NCBI GenBank assembly: GCA_017654855.1
Contig: CM030336.1
Coordinates: forward strand, 2,480,001 to 2,544,000
Direction: 5' to 3'
DNA length: 64,000 nt
From: Podospora anserina
Taxonomy: Eukaryota
The position numbers and the translations under genes were made by a program. Below the pieces are notes generated by a model that saw only the letters and a program-made list of their open reading frames with translations, was not told where the DNA came from and did no database searches. This document shows positions 62,932 through 64,000 of the stretch, piece after piece. How positions within the stretch are numbered: the first letter of the stretch is position 1; each line of letters opens with the position of its first letter.

Positions 62932-63187
62932 ATACTTAGGATAGAGTTATACCGTATTTCTTTTATAAAATATATATTATAAAAATATAGGTATATCTTT
63001 TAGTAACTTCGCGATTTTAATATTAACGACTTTCTTATTTTTCTAATATTTTTTTAATTTTTATATATAAGTTTTATAAATAATAATATTTTTTACGAAA
63101 TAGCGATCCTATACTTACCGTACTACCTCTTTAATATCGTTTACTTAATAGGTCCTTCCTATTATATAATATTATTATCTTTAGCGA

Positions 63188-63571
63188 TGTGACGAACCCC
63201 TATACAGAACCTCTAAAAGGGATACTGGTTAAAGGTAACTTCTGACAATTGGTTCGGTGCAGCTAAACAGTGCACAACAAGATGTCTTAATGTAAACACT
63301 AGATACCGTGAATACAAGCTTGAATTGCATACTGCGGAACTGTCTATCTACACCAGCTAGTTCCTCCGTATATATAGACCCTGTGCCAAGCCTGGCACTG
63401 TCCTGGATCGATTGACTCGACTATCGATCCTATCGATACTGTCCCTTTTGGGATTGACTCTTCTGGATCGATCCTCGATCCCAATGATCCTGCTCTAATT
63501 GGTCCTCGCTCCTGTATTAATGATTGGCCCGTGGTGCGCCCCGCGCCCCACTAAAGTGTTAAGCCGTGACA
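63188..63571 (-). mobile_element. Solo LTR of the element-A family (384 bp)
   Basis: TGTGAC...GTGACA is flanked on both sides by the 5-bp TSD AGCGA, so it is an independent insertion and not the partner of the 39885 LTR. Confidence 0.92.
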
Positions 63572-64000
63572 AGCGACCTCCGTAAGGATTTCTATAGTAA
63601 TTTATATTAATCGATCCTAAAATACCTATATTTAAAGGTCTCTTTTTTTATACTTTACTTTTAGCCTTTTTATTATTTCCCGTAGCCCTTAAAACTTTAC
63701 TTCCTTTTATTCGGCGTATTAATTAAAGTTTTTTTCGAAATTTATTATTTTACTTTACTAGTACCCGATAACTACGACTTCCATAACCTTCGGTCCCCTT
63801 AATATAATAATTATTATAATAACCTTTTTTTTTTTAAATTATTTAGGTATCCGGTAATCTTTTTTAAAGTATTTTACTTTACTATAATTATAATATTTAT
63901 AATTATTTTTACCCTAGCTTTAACCATACGGCTTTTATTACTATATAGCGTCGATATTTATAAGTCTCGAGTATATAGTACTAAAGTAGTTAATAGTTAG

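Larger units (their letters stand above)
39885..64000 (-). mobile_element. Ty3/gypsy LTR retrotransposon A, heavily RIPed; its 5' LTR lies beyond the window; interrupted by element B and a solo LTR
   Basis: 3' LTR at 39885-40279 and PPT (AGGAGGGGGAG, minus strand) at 40295-40285. Integrase remnant ~42070-41930 (TKFILKF*KALITKFG...TDS*TERFN). RT remnant ~43860-43745 (YPIFFVLKKDGNLRLYIDYR*LNN...NYPLPLI). Gag zinc knuckle remnant ~63900-63850 (de-RIPs to CYNCGKxGHFKKDC). Confidence 0.88.

Noticed and set aside
39885..63571. The two A-family LTRs as the ends of one element
   Set aside because: The outer flanks differ (CGCTT versus AGCGA), the right copy has its own AGCGA TSD, and A gag sequence continues beyond it.
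39885..64000. Assigning named Podospora transposon families to elements A, B and C
   Set aside because: I cannot verify family identity without a repeat-library search.
1..64000. tRNA, 5S rRNA or telomeric repeats
   Set aside because: None recognised by eye; tRNAscan-SE or Infernal would be needed to exclude them.

Overview
This window is from a filamentous ascomycete genome. Short GT-AG introns with CTRAC/CTAAT branch sites, the gene set and the RIP signature point to a Sordariomycete, plausibly Podospora-like (inference). Positions 1-39.5 kb are gene-dense. They carry conserved genes (Sec7/PH Arf-GEF, SDR, Sel1-repeat chitin synthase activator, Rpn12, coatomer alpha, UGGT, Rad54) and an accessory-looking stretch at about 6.5-18.2 kb. 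That stretch holds a His-less trypsin-like protein, a fruit-body lectin, orphan helical ORFs (one broken by a single in-frame TAG, one by a frameshift), a Cys-rich orphan and an F-box gene. From 39,531 to the end is an AT-rich, RIP-mutated transposon nest that can be resolved from LTR pairs and target-site duplications. A Fot1/pogo DNA transposon is interrupted by gypsy element A (minus strand, running off the window). Element A holds gypsy element B and a solo LTR of the A family, and B holds copia element C. Exon coordinates were read by eye from splice signals and frame continuity; no database searches were run.
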